Under the pieces are notes generated by a model. The model had not been told where the DNA came from. It saw only the letters and a list, made by a program, of their open reading frames with translations, and did not search any database. This document shows positions 1 to 9,539 of a stretch of DNA of 64,000 nucleotides, piece after piece. Each line of letters opens with the position of its first letter. Positions within the stretch are counted from its first letter, which is position 1. A program made the position numbers and the translations under genes. Location of the stretch: assembly GCA_903913885.1 (NCBI GenBank), contig CAIWMX010000061.1:11891-75890 (forward strand), in the 5' to 3' direction. This DNA comes from an uncultured Bacteroidales bacterium (GTDB lineage: Bacteria > Bacteroidota > Bacteroidia > Bacteroidales > FEN-979).

Positions 1-2108
1 TTAGCAACACGGTGTTCTAAATGAACCGGCACCTGATCCATTTTAGTAATCCCCCGCTGCATCATCGACCATTCCAGCAGGTTTTCAAGGAGGCTGTAAA
101 CATTGGTAGCCGATTTCCGCATGCTGGCGACAATGGTCTTGATTTCCTGCCGGGTCATGCTGTCCATCTCCTCCGCCATGATCTGGGTAAACCCGAGAAA
201 CGCGTTGAACGGGCTGCGCAGGTCGTGCGCGATGATGGAGAAGAATTTGTCTTTCGTCGCATTCAGTTCCCTGAGTTCTACTTCGCTCTTGCGCAACTCC
301 CCCGTCCGGACTTCAACTTCGAGCGCCAGGGTTTCGTTTTGTTTTGATAAAATGAGCGTTAAAAAAGTTACGAGTATGGTGAGTAAAACGCCGATGGCCA
401 CGGCAGCAAAACCGGAGTAGACCGGCAGGGACGACAGGGAGCCGGTGGCGGGAAAAACCAGGATCGCGTAGGTTTTGTCAAAAACGAACACAGGATAGAT
501 GACCGCGCTCTTATCAAGAATGTTATACACCGGGTCGGCATGGGCTTTCAGGTGGAGACTGATGTTTTCTTTCAGCGTACATCCGAAAAGGCGGGGAGTC
601 TGCCCGGCCGAGAGTTGATAAATGTCGGTAATGGTTTCGATCTGTTCGGTATTTTCCCAGGAAATGGCCTTTTTTATAAATTGTTCGGGGCTCACCAGGG
701 CGACAATCAATCCAAGCAGCGTTCGGGTCTTGGCATCCCCTTTGTAGACAGGCTGAAAAATCATGATCCTTTCCTGCTTTGATTTATCCATCGGAAAAAC
801 GATCGGATCGGTGACGGCGGGTAAGCCTGTTTTCACGGCTTTTTCTATGGTTACCAGTACCTTCGGATCAGCGCCGGGATCGAAGCCGGGAGTCGGCGTG
901 TTCACCGAAAGCGGTTCAAAATACCAGAAGGGAAAGTAGGTGCTCCTGGTTGTTGCTGCAATTTTCTGTCCGTTTGCATCCGGCTGCCATATGGAAAAAT
1001 CTTCCAACCCTTCGGCCCGCGCCTTCATCTCCATTTTTTCCTTCTCGCCGGCGGCCACCGGGATGATCCATCCGAAGGTTGTTTGCTTCCCGCTGATCCT
1101 GAACATCGGAGCCAGAATTGAATGGAATGCCTCCCGGCCAATCACGCTTGGTCCCTGGAAATACCTGACCAGGGCCGTAACCTGGAAATCACGAAGGTTC
1201 ATAAAAGATTTGCACAAACTTTTTGCCACGGGTTCGGCAACCTGGTTAAAAAGTGCATTCCGGTTCCGGAGGCTGTTCTGCTGTAAAACAAGGGCAATGA
1301 TCAGGGTCAGGCTCAGCCCCAGCATAACCACATTGATCCCTTCGGAACGGAGTCTGAATTTCATCAGCAGGAACGCACCTTTTGCATGTAAAAAGGCGGC
1401 CATGATCAACACGGCGGCCAGTAAAAGCACGCACAGGTAGGCAAAAAGAGCCTGGCGGGAAATCAGGGCCCTGACCTCATTATAGTCAATATCAATCCCA
1501 ACCACCATGATCAGTTTATCTGTGGCCGGATCAGACACGGGAGCAAAGGCAGAAACGAAGGTGCCGTACTCGTCGGTATAGGGGCCCTCGGTGAAGGCAG
1601 GTCCATTGCTGAACAACCGTTTTAATGAAGCGGCTGGTTGCCTGTAGACCGTTCCCGGCGGCGAGGCATAATGGCTGTTCCTTGCAATGCCTTCAGGCCC
1701 GAACAGGATGAGGTTATTGCGCATCACCATGCTGTATATGGTCAGTTCTTTCGCTCCAAAGGTGGCGTTTACGCTATTTTCATAGGCCATCATCTGGCTG
1801 CAGAGTTGTTCAAATTCCGGCCTGGCGCTGTCCGAAGCCGTAAACGCCAGCGCCCTGACCTCGTCCCTGTTGATGGTACGGGCAATGGCTTCAGCCTGCC
1901 TTTTTAGCTGTACCCTGACTTCCCCGTCCTTTTCACGTCCCTGCCAGCTTGCAGCGGCCAGCCCAAGAAAATAGAGGCCAAGGAGGGCGAAAAGAGCCCA
2001 CCGGGAACTACTTCCACTGTATTTTTTCCTCATCCAGGCCAGGAGCATGATTGCCATGACAAAGAACGTGGTAAAGAGAAAAAAGAAAAAATCGGGTTGA
2101 AGTATCAT
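1..2108 (-). CDS. Sensor histidine kinase with CHASE-like extracytoplasmic domain (C-terminus runs off the window)
   Basis: Absent from the ORF track because it has no stop inside the window. The minus-strand frame opens at ATG 2108, 9 nt after the stop of the upstream kinase gene. No M-to-stop ORF is listed in that frame, so it stays open to position 1. My translation gives an N-terminal TM segment, a CHASE-like block (FGWIIPV..YFPFWYFEP..GFDPGADP..TDPIVF..IMIFQPVY, about 800-1100) and an H-box DKFFSIIAHDLRSPFNAFLGF encoded at 181-251. Confidence 0.85.
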   Translation of the reverse strand, partial: MILQPDFFFFLFTTFFVMAIMLLAWMRKKYSGSSSRWALFALLGLYFLGLAAASWQGREKDGEVRVQLKRQAEAIARTINRDEVRALAFTASDSARPEFEQLCSQMMAYENSVNATFGAKELTIYSMVMRNNLILFGPEGIARNSHYASPPGTVYRQPAASLKRLFSNGPAFTEGPYTDEYGTFVSAFAPVSDPATDKLIMVVGIDIDYNEVRALISRQALFAYLCVLLLAAVLIMAAFLHAKGAFLLMKFRLRSEGINVVMLGLSLTLIIALVLQQNSLRNRNALFNQVAEPVAKSLCKSFMNLRDFQVTALVRYFQGPSVIGREAFHSILAPMFRISGKQTTFGWIIPVAAGEKEKMEMKARAEGLEDFSIWQPDANGQKIAATTRSTYFPFWYFEPLSVNTPTPGFDPGADPKVLVTIEKAVKTGLPAVTDPIVFPMDKSKQERIMIFQPVYKGDAKTRTLLGLIVALVSPEQFIKKAISWENTEQIETITDIYQLSAGQTPRLFGCTLKENISLHLKAHADPVYNILDKSAVIYPVFVFDKTYAILVFPATGSLSSLPVYSGFAAVAIGVLLTILVTFLTLILSKQNETLALEVEVRTGELRKSEVELRELNATKDKFFSIIAHDLRSPFNAFLGFTQIMAEEMDSMTRQEIKTIVASMRKSATNVYSLLENLLEWSMMQRGITKMDQVPVHLEHRVA

Positions 2109-2117
2109 TTCAGAAAA

Positions 2118-5100
2118 TTATTGCTTTGGAAAAAAACGGTGGAGCATTTCAAACAACGCCTCTTTTTGTAACGGTTTAGGGAGATATTCATTGCATCCCG
2201 ACTGCAACGCCTTCTCCCTGTCGCCCGAGAGACCATAAGCCGTTTGCGAGATGATGACGACTTTGCTGTCGAACTGCCTGATCTGCCTTGTTGCCTCATC
2301 CCCGTCCATTTCAGGCATTTTGATATCCATCAGCACGAGGTCGAGATCGGTATGTTTGCGGCAGGCTTCGATCGCTTCAGATCCTGTTCTTGCCCGGATA
2401 ATCTCCAGGCTCACTTTATTAAGCAATTTGGTGAGGAGCAGGTACGACATTTCATCGTCTTCGGCAACCAGGATCTTCAGGGATTTAACCAGTTGCACTT
2501 CAACGTTGTCATGAACCTCGTTTTCCACCATGGCGTTAACATTGGGCACATGCTTGTAAGGAATGGTGAACCAGAAGGTGCTGCCAGCCCCGGGTACGCT
2601 TTCAACCCCGATGGCGCCACCCAGCATTGCAACATAGGCTTTGGCGATCGATAATCCCAGCCCGGCGCCCTGGTGGGCCTGTTTATCAGAGATGTCGGCC
2701 TGCACGAACCGTTCAAAAACAGCTTCCTGCCTCTCCCTGTCGATCCCGATGCCTGAATCTTTCACGAAAAATGCGAGTTCCGCCGTACCATCAGATCCCC
2801 CGGCATGGCCAGGGCCGGAGATGTTTCCGTTGTTTCCGGCCGGTTGCAGGGCATACCCGAATTCTATCGAGCCTTCATAAGTGTACTTAATGGCATTCTT
2901 GACCAGGTTGGTGAGGATGGCATAGAGCTTTTCACTGTCGGTGCTGATGGTAGCCTTGTGGTCGGGCAACCCGTTCCTGCAGCGGATCTGCAAACCTTTT
3001 GCTTCAGCCTCCGGTTTGAAAAAAGTGTAAATGTAATCGGTTTGCTGGTTAATGTTCGCGTCGGATATATACATCTCCATCTGTCCCGATTCTATTTTCG
3101 AAATATCGATAATATCGTTGATGATATTGAGCATCCGCAAGCCGCTTTCTTCAATAATACTGATATGGTTTTGCTGTTCTTCCCCGCTGAGCCCGGGTTC
3201 CTTGAGCAGAGAGGCAAACCCGAGGATTCCGTTCATGGGCGTTCTGATCTCGTGCGACATGTTGGCCAGGAAGGCCGATTTCAGATGGTCGCTCTCTTCA
3301 GCCTTGTTTTTGGCTGAGATCAGATCTTCCACCATCTGTTTTTTTTCTGTAATGTCTTCCTTCACCGCCACGAAATGGGTGATTTTCCCGTCATTGTCAT
3401 GAATGGGCGAGATGCTGACATTTTCCCAGAATAATTCGCCGCTTTTCTTTTTGTTATGCAGCTCCCCAAACCACTGCCTGCCCGAGGAGATGGTTTCCCA
3501 AAGTTTGTTGTGTACTTCCGGGGGATGTAGCCCCGATTTCAGTATCCGCGGATTATTACCGATGGCTTCCCGGGCGCTATATCCGGTGATTTCGGTGAAC
3601 TTCGGATTGACGTATTCAATTTGTCCATGTGCATTGGTTATAATGATGCTTACAGGGCTTTGTTCGATCGACTTTCCAAGGAGCAGGATCTGCTGTTCCG
3701 CGTTTTTCCGTTCGGTGATATCCCTGCAAATGACATAGGTATTCAGGTGGGTTCCCTGTTCGTCATAGTTGAATTTCGCGTGATCTTCGCGCCAGATATA
3801 ATGACCGTCCTTGTGCCTGGTGCGGTAGGAATAGGACAATTCGTTCTTTTTCGTTCGAATTGCTTCAAAGATTTTCGTGAAGAGGGCATCGCGGTCGTCG
3901 GGGTGAATGACTGTATAGATGGTTGATGAATCCCTGCCCAGTTCCTCCTGTTCGTTATAACCTGATTGCCTGAGATAGGTAGGCGACACGTACCTGATCC
4001 TGGTATCGGCGCCGAGGATCAGGATGCCGTCTGAAATGTTTTCAGCAATGAGCCGGAATTTCTGCTCGCTTTGGTGAAGCGCTTCTTCGGCCTGCCGGCG
4101 GAGGGTGATATCCCTGACCATGGCCAGGACGCGGTCGTGGGAGGTTGGAACAACCCGCGCCTCATAATAGAACGGCTGCCCGTCGACCATGATCGAATAG
4201 GAGAACTCGACAGACTCATTGTGCGAAAATGACCAGTTGAATGCCTCGATTGATTTTTTAGCTACTTCGGCCGGGAAAAGGTCACGGAGGTTTTTCCCGA
4301 GAAGCTCCTCCCTGGGTGCCAGGAGTTTTTTGTCATCTTCGGTATAAACATCGATGTAATCGCCATTTTTGTTGAAAACAAAGAGCAAATCGGGAATGGA
4401 CCGGATGATGGCCGCTTTCGAGGTTTCGCTTTCACGCAGGGCCGCTTCATCCGCCTTCTTTTCCGTGATATCGCGGGCGGTGGCAATCAATACATCTTTA
4501 CCGAAGTACCTGCCCCGGTTGACGATTACATCCTTGGGAAAAATTTCCCCGTTCATGCGTTTGGCCCAGAACTCGAACCGGGCAGGAATACCGGTTCTCA
4601 ACACTTCTTCTCCCTTGCGCCTGATCTCTTCAACATTGTTGCGGCCCGGTGCCGCAATGGTTGCCGGCGACTGGCCGATCAAATCTTCCCTGCTGCATCC
4701 GTACATCGTTTCGGCACCCTTGTTCACATCGATGAAGATGCCGTTCTCATCCTGGACGTAAATTGCTTCCGACACCGAATTGAAAATATCGAAATAGCTT
4801 TGCCGGGCAAGTTCCAGGGCTTCACTGGTTTTTCTTCGTTCGGTGACGTCTTCAAACAGGCCGACACCCCCGATGATTTTCCCGTCATCGCCGGGGAAAG
4901 AGACGAACAGACCTCTTACCGGTGTGGATTTCCCGCTGGTTACCGCATGGTAAACCCCCTCGTAGTGCCCGGTATCCCCGTTGAGGGCGATCCGGATGGC
5001 GTCAAGCAGCGCTGGATCCTTTAGCTGCCTGATCATATTCAACCCGATCAGCTCCTCCCTGGAAGAACCGATCCCATTGACAAATTCGTTATTGACTTCC

Positions 5101-5975
5101 ACGATCGTGCTGTCCACATCGAAACTGAATATCCCCAGCGGAGCATGAAAGAACAAGGCACGGTATCGCTCTTCACTCATGCGCAGGGCTTTGGCGGCTT
5201 CTTTGCTGGCCGTGATGTCTTCGTGAATCAACACATATTTTTCGGGGAGATTATCTTTGCCGGGAACAGGAAAGACAACGACCCGGAGCCAGAGATTCTT
5301 GTCGGGACATTCGGGATTCACCCAGTGGGCATTGTATCTCATCTCGGGGATCTCAACCACGTTCCCTTTTTTTGCCAACCCGACAAGGTGGAAATATCCG
5401 AGTTGTTCGATCTGCGGGTCGTTGAACACGGAATAACCCGGCGGCGTTTCCCCGCCGAACAACCGCAGGTGCGCTTCATTTGTTGCAAGGGTATATCCCT
5501 CCTTATCGACCACCTGAGCCGACAACGGGTTGTTTTCAATAATCCCGTGCAAAAAGGAATTCAGCCCGTTCAGGTCATCCATGCGCGCATCGGGGGTATA
5601 AGTTGCCACAAAGTGATCCAGGGCGGGTGACCAGACGTTAACCTTAAACCATTGGCGGGGGGGGCCACTGCAAAAACTGAAACTGGTTTCCTCTCTCGTC
5701 GCGGCAACTTCACCGAACCGCCTGAGCGCGGGGATGCCGTCGGGGCAGGCAGGCAGGGCGGTCTCTTCCAGCCTGTGTCCGGTGATCTCTGTCCCGGTCA
5801 ATCCTGATATTTGTTCAAAAGCCGGATTGACTTCCAGAATTTCATAGGAAAATGACCCATCCGGCACGTCATGGTGTATACGGCCATAAAGATACCCGAA
5901 GGATGCCTGATTGATAATCCGTTGATAATGATCGGTATTCATAATTTTTCTTGCTTTTCTCCACAATAATCCCAA
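2118..5975 (-). CDS. Multi-PAS hybrid sensor histidine kinase / response regulator
   Basis: 1285-aa ORF with many PAS/PAC-like modules. It has an H-box (FLANMSHEIRTPMNGILGF), ATPase boxes (LVKNAIKYT, VKDSGIGI, GAGLGLSIAKAYV) and a C-terminal receiver (ILVAEDDEMSY..DLVLMDIKMPEMDG..LPKP). Confidence 0.95.
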   Translation of the reverse strand: MGLLWRKARKIMNTDHYQRIINQASFGYLYGRIHHDVPDGSFSYEILEVNPAFEQISGLTGTEITGHRLEETALPACPDGIPALRRFGEVAATREETSFSFCSGPPRQWFKVNVWSPALDHFVATYTPDARMDDLNGLNSFLHGIIENNPLSAQVVDKEGYTLATNEAHLRLFGGETPPGYSVFNDPQIEQLGYFHLVGLAKKGNVVEIPEMRYNAHWVNPECPDKNLWLRVVVFPVPGKDNLPEKYVLIHEDITASKEAAKALRMSEERYRALFFHAPLGIFSFDVDSTIVEVNNEFVNGIGSSREELIGLNMIRQLKDPALLDAIRIALNGDTGHYEGVYHAVTSGKSTPVRGLFVSFPGDDGKIIGGVGLFEDVTERRKTSEALELARQSYFDIFNSVSEAIYVQDENGIFIDVNKGAETMYGCSREDLIGQSPATIAAPGRNNVEEIRRKGEEVLRTGIPARFEFWAKRMNGEIFPKDVIVNRGRYFGKDVLIATARDITEKKADEAALRESETSKAAIIRSIPDLLFVFNKNGDYIDVYTEDDKKLLAPREELLGKNLRDLFPAEVAKKSIEAFNWSFSHNESVEFSYSIMVDGQPFYYEARVVPTSHDRVLAMVRDITLRRQAEEALHQSEQKFRLIAENISDGILILGADTRIRYVSPTYLRQSGYNEQEELGRDSSTIYTVIHPDDRDALFTKIFEAIRTKKNELSYSYRTRHKDGHYIWREDHAKFNYDEQGTHLNTYVICRDITERKNAEQQILLLGKSIEQSPVSIIITNAHGQIEYVNPKFTEITGYSAREAIGNNPRILKSGLHPPEVHNKLWETISSGRQWFGELHNKKKSGELFWENVSISPIHDNDGKITHFVAVKEDITEKKQMVEDLISAKNKAEESDHLKSAFLANMSHEIRTPMNGILGFASLLKEPGLSGEEQQNHISIIEESGLRMLNIINDIIDISKIESGQMEMYISDANINQQTDYIYTFFKPEAEAKGLQIRCRNGLPDHKATISTDSEKLYAILTNLVKNAIKYTYEGSIEFGYALQPAGNNGNISGPGHAGGSDGTAELAFFVKDSGIGIDRERQEAVFERFVQADISDKQAHQGAGLGLSIAKAYVAMLGGAIGVESVPGAGSTFWFTIPYKHVPNVNAMVENEVHDNVEVQLVKSLKILVAEDDEMSYLLLTKLLNKVSLEIIRARTGSEAIEACRKHTDLDLVLMDIKMPEMDGDEATRQIRQFDSKVVIISQTAYGLSGDREKALQSGCNEYLPKPLQKEALFEMLHRFFPKQ

Positions 5976-6038
5976 ACAAAAATAATTATTTAAACCGACT
6001 GTTATACAAAGCCATGTTGATCATGCCCCAAAAATGGG

Positions 6039-7244
6039 TTATTCGGGCGTGACGGGTTTCATGATCTTCCCCATGAACAGGATGCTCCCGGTTTCGTTAT
6101 CACGGATCAGGAAAACAAACGGATGATCGGCATTGAACACGACCGGCCGGACTTTATCCGGCGCCGCCATCATGCACATGGTCACCGCCGTGGCTGCTGC
6201 CGCTTCAGTCCCTTTTTCATCCACGCTGACGAATGCCTGGTGGATCACGTTGCTGATGAAGAGATCCCTTTTGCCGGTCATCCCCGAAAAATCGGCCCCT
6301 TCCTGTGAAAAAGCCAGCGGCATCCCCATCGCCGAAAGGGTGCCCGACAGGTCAAGCTTAAAATCGACCCTGAACTTCGGAAGCGATAACCTGACATCGG
6401 TGAATTTCATTGAATCCATCATCTCCCCGTAATGGTTAAAATCAAACGAGTCGGCGAACGCTTTCATCGGTTTGTTCTTCTTGGGCAGGAAGATCACCAT
6501 CGATGCCCTGTTCCCCCGGTAGGGGATTTCAATGGCCTGTATTTCCGGGTCTTCATAATAGCCATACCGGTCCTGCCGGTTCATGAAAGGAACGGTGATC
6601 AAGGTTCCGTCGGTTAATGAAAACTCATCGGGCCTGGTCGATTCTTTTTTAAAGGGTTCGGCCCAGTCGCCATAAAAGTAAATGGCGTTGACCAGTACGA
6701 GACGCGTCATGGAATTAAGATCACCCCGGCCAAGGAGGTCTTTGATCCTGTCATTGGTTTTCCGCTCAACCCAGGTATTGATATCGATCCTGGTTTTCTC
6801 CCTCGCGGCATTATCGGTGAAATCAACATTCTTCAACTCCGAACCGTACCCGGAATGGGTAAGGGCAAGGTATGCATCAAGAAATTCAAAGCCGCGCTGT
6901 GCCCACAAACCGTTGGCGATGTTCAGCCTGATCTTGCCTTCCGTACCTTCATCCACCCTTTTCAGCAATTTTCTGAAATCGTTGTGGAAGGTTTCCGATG
7001 GATCAAAATTCAGGGTCCGGCTCATCTGGAGCGCGGTTTCGTTCCGCGCGCCGGCATACACCATGGCCAGTGCCGTGGAGATGCTGAAGGGAGACCAGCA
7101 TTGGTTTTCATTGGCCGTAATGCCCTGCATCCGGTGGAAGAGACTGAGGGCGAATTTGTTATTGCCTTCGGCGACTTCCTTCGGGGTATGTGCCGTGACC
7201 AGCAGGGGGAAAAGGCAGCAAAGGAGGCAAAGGATCGTTTTCAT
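6039..7244 (-). CDS. Secreted serpin-family protease inhibitor
   Basis: 401-aa ORF with an N-terminal signal peptide (MKTILCLLCCLFPLLVTA). Serpin blocks are NAIYFYGDWAEPF, the hinge EKGTEAAAATAV and FNADHPFVFLIRD..GSILFMGKI. Confidence 0.93.
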   Translation of the reverse strand: MKTILCLLCCLFPLLVTAHTPKEVAEGNNKFALSLFHRMQGITANENQCWSPFSISTALAMVYAGARNETALQMSRTLNFDPSETFHNDFRKLLKRVDEGTEGKIRLNIANGLWAQRGFEFLDAYLALTHSGYGSELKNVDFTDNAAREKTRIDINTWVERKTNDRIKDLLGRGDLNSMTRLVLVNAIYFYGDWAEPFKKESTRPDEFSLTDGTLITVPFMNRQDRYGYYEDPEIQAIEIPYRGNRASMVIFLPKKNKPMKAFADSFDFNHYGEMMDSMKFTDVRLSLPKFRVDFKLDLSGTLSAMGMPLAFSQEGADFSGMTGKRDLFISNVIHQAFVSVDEKGTEAAAATAVTMCMMAAPDKVRPVVFNADHPFVFLIRDNETGSILFMGKIMKPVTPE

Positions 7245-7338
7245 GAGAGGGGGAATTTTAAGACGTATTACCAGCAGATATCATGCCAAAATGCTCCGCG
7301 ATGGGATATGACATGACGGGATATGACATGACGGGCTG

Positions 7339-7385
7339 CACCGATGGGCTACACCCATCGGTGGCATATTACGCCCCTGCGGGGC
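7339..7385 (-). terminator. Two GC-rich hairpins just downstream of the LRR-like gene (terminator- or REP-like)
   Basis: caccgatggg-ctaca-cccatcggtg (7339-7363; 10-bp stem, 5-nt loop) and gcccc-tgc-ggggc (7373-7385). No clear U-tract follows either hairpin. Confidence 0.4.
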
Positions 7386-7390
7386 TGGGG

Positions 7391-9106
7391 TTACCACTTC
7401 ACCAGCTTGATGATCTGCAAGGTTTTGCCGGCTTGCAGGTGGCAGATATAGATACCGGAGGAAAGGCGGGAGATGTCGATTACCCGGCTGGTAGCCGAAA
7501 CGGCCTGTTCCATCTGTTTCAGCCCGTTGGCTGATGCGATGGAAACATACACCTGGCCCTGGCCCGGGGGTAATTCTATGGTCAGCCGGTCGGTGGCAGG
7601 GTTTGGATAGAGCCTGAATCCCGCTTCCGAGGGAAGATTATTCACCAGGGCATGACAGGCGGTTACCACCTCCGACCTTGTGTTGCAGCCTGGGGCGTTG
7701 TCGCTGATGGTGCCGTTGCCCTGGGCGTCGAGGATGTGGCAAAGCCTGCGGGTGTTGCAGATTGCCAGTTGTTTGTTGTGTTCGATGACGAAACCGGCCA
7801 GCGAATCGGCCGGGAGGCTGTCGAGCCCCATCAGGCTGGTGAGGCTGTCGTTGCCGGTGATCACCAGGTTTCCCCCCATATAGGTTAGGTGAGTGAGCCC
7901 GTCAAGCGTGGTGAGCCTGCTGTTGCCCGTGATCCGGAGTCCGCCGGTAAGCGTGGCGACATGGCCCAGGCCTGCCATGCCTGACAGCGTGCGGTTGCTG
8001 TCGATGCGGAGCACCCCCCCGACAGATTCCAGGAGATCGGCCCCGGCCAGGGTGGCAAGGTACCGGTTTGACCTGATCACGAAGTCTCCTCCAATGGTGC
8101 GAAGGGAACCCAGCCCGGTGAGGGTTTTGATGGTGTCGCAACCCGTGATCACCAGTTTTCCCCCAACCGTGGTGAGTTGCTCAAGCCCGTGAAGGTCATT
8201 CAGGTGCGGGTTATCAACAACCAGGAGGGAATCGCTGATGGATGCCAGGTGATCGAAACCGCCGGCATTGACCAGACTGTTATTTTCAAGGAGCCGGATG
8301 TGCTTTTTCACTGACGTCAGGCCTTCAAGCCCTTTCAGGTTGTGCAGCGACCAGTTCATGGCGATGTCGGCCATGCCTCCCAAAGTGGTCAGATTTTCAA
8401 TCCCGGCCAGGTTATACAGGTCCTGGCAGGTCCACACCAGCAGGTCGCCTCCCACCGATTTCAGCGAGCCCAGCCCGGTGAAGTTGACCAGCGACGACAA
8501 ATCGAAGATCCGCAGGTTTCCTCCCACGGTTTCCAGGTTGTCGAGACCCGACAGGCTGGTGACCGCGTACATGTCGGCGATGTTCAGCAGCCCTCCCACC
8601 GACTTCAGGCTGCCGAGGCCCGAAAGCGAGGCTAGTTTGCTGTTGTTGAAAATCTCCAGATTGCCCCCGATGGTGGTGAGCGAGCCAAGCCCCGCCAGGG
8701 AAAGGAGGTTGTAGTTGTTTTGTATATATACGATGCCGCCTACTGATTTCAGGTGATCCAGCCCGTTGAGGAAATTCAGTCCGCTGCTGTTTTCGATGTA
8801 GAGCCCTCCCCCGATGGCGGCCAGGCTGTCGAGCCCCGAGAGGCTGAGCCCGCCGGCCCAGGTGATGGACAGGTCTCCCCCGATGGAGGTGACCCCCCGC
8901 AACCCGGCAAGGCTGGTGACCTGGTACCCGGTGATCGCAACGTTTCCGGCAATCATGGTGCAGCCAGGATAGTCAACCGGGAAGTTGTCGACCTGGCTCT
9001 GGAGGTAAAAAACGATGCCGTTTGGCAGGCAGGACTGGGCGTGGGCGCCGTAGGCGAGCAGTAACGGGGTGAGGAGGATAAGAAAGTATTTCATACATTT
9101 CATCAT
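7391..9106 (-). CDS. T9SS-secreted leucine-rich-repeat-like surface protein
   Basis: The ORF is open to 9202, but a signal peptide (MMKCMKYFLILLTPLLLAYGAHAQ) begins at the ATGs at 9106/9103/9094, so I use 9106. About 18 tandem ~23-aa repeats fit GLxxLxxVGGxLxIxxNxxLxSL. The C-terminus LYPNPATDRLTIEL..GIYICHLQAGKTLQIIKLVKW fits a T9SS type-A sorting domain. Confidence 0.85.
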   Translation of the reverse strand: MMKCMKYFLILLTPLLLAYGAHAQSCLPNGIVFYLQSQVDNFPVDYPGCTMIAGNVAITGYQVTSLAGLRGVTSIGGDLSITWAGGLSLSGLDSLAAIGGGLYIENSSGLNFLNGLDHLKSVGGIVYIQNNYNLLSLAGLGSLTTIGGNLEIFNNSKLASLSGLGSLKSVGGLLNIADMYAVTSLSGLDNLETVGGNLRIFDLSSLVNFTGLGSLKSVGGDLLVWTCQDLYNLAGIENLTTLGGMADIAMNWSLHNLKGLEGLTSVKKHIRLLENNSLVNAGGFDHLASISDSLLVVDNPHLNDLHGLEQLTTVGGKLVITGCDTIKTLTGLGSLRTIGGDFVIRSNRYLATLAGADLLESVGGVLRIDSNRTLSGMAGLGHVATLTGGLRITGNSRLTTLDGLTHLTYMGGNLVITGNDSLTSLMGLDSLPADSLAGFVIEHNKQLAICNTRRLCHILDAQGNGTISDNAPGCNTRSEVVTACHALVNNLPSEAGFRLYPNPATDRLTIELPPGQGQVYVSIASANGLKQMEQAVSATSRVIDISRLSSGIYICHLQAGKTLQIIKLVKW

Positions 9107-9188
9107 TAAATGACGGTTGTTTGCAGGGATCTGCCTTGGCGGGTACTGTTTCATTTGTAGCAGTGGAAAGCTCGTTATGCGGCGTGTT

Positions 9189-9539
9189 TTATTCCAGATC
9201 AAGTATTATTTTTAAGTTCTCTTTTAATTTTGGAATGGCATCTGCTGGAGCAAAACCCAGCTTTTTAATCAGTCGTTTATTGTCAATTGCGCGGGTTTGA
9301 TCAACCATTATATCGCAATCCTCGCTTAATCCGCAGCACCCTTTTTTTAAATGGACTCTTAATATTTCAGAATCCTTTTTCACCTTGGTGGTTAAAGGAC
9401 AGACTATGGATGATGGGTGATACTTGTTGAGCAGATCAGTTTGAGCAATAATTACCGGCCTGATTTTGCCTGGTTCGGTCCCTAAGGTTGGATTCAAATC
9501 GGCAATCCAGATTTCATATTGTTTAGGCTTCATAATCAA
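9189..9539 (-). CDS. Type II toxin, PemK/MazF family
   Basis: 116 aa. YEIWIADLNPTLGTEPGKIRPVIIAQ matches the PemK/MazF N-terminal signature. It overlaps the upstream small gene by 17 nt. Confidence 0.85.
   Translation of the reverse strand: MIMKPKQYEIWIADLNPTLGTEPGKIRPVIIAQTDLLNKYHPSSIVCPLTTKVKKDSEILRVHLKKGCCGLSEDCDIMVDQTRAIDNKRLIKKLGFAPADAIPKLKENLKIILDLE

Noticed and set aside
21-1907. Plus-strand ORFs of 80-166 aa (for example 21-347, 940-1440 and 1638-1907)
   Set aside because: They lie antisense to a continuous minus-strand frame that encodes recognisable CHASE and HisKA motifs. They have no motifs of their own.
7283-7534. 83-aa plus-strand ORF (MPKCSAMGYDMTGYDMTG...)
   Set aside because: It starts in the 15-bp duplicated intergenic repeat and hairpins, then runs antisense into the T9SS C-terminal domain of the LRR-like gene. 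It is a repeat artefact.
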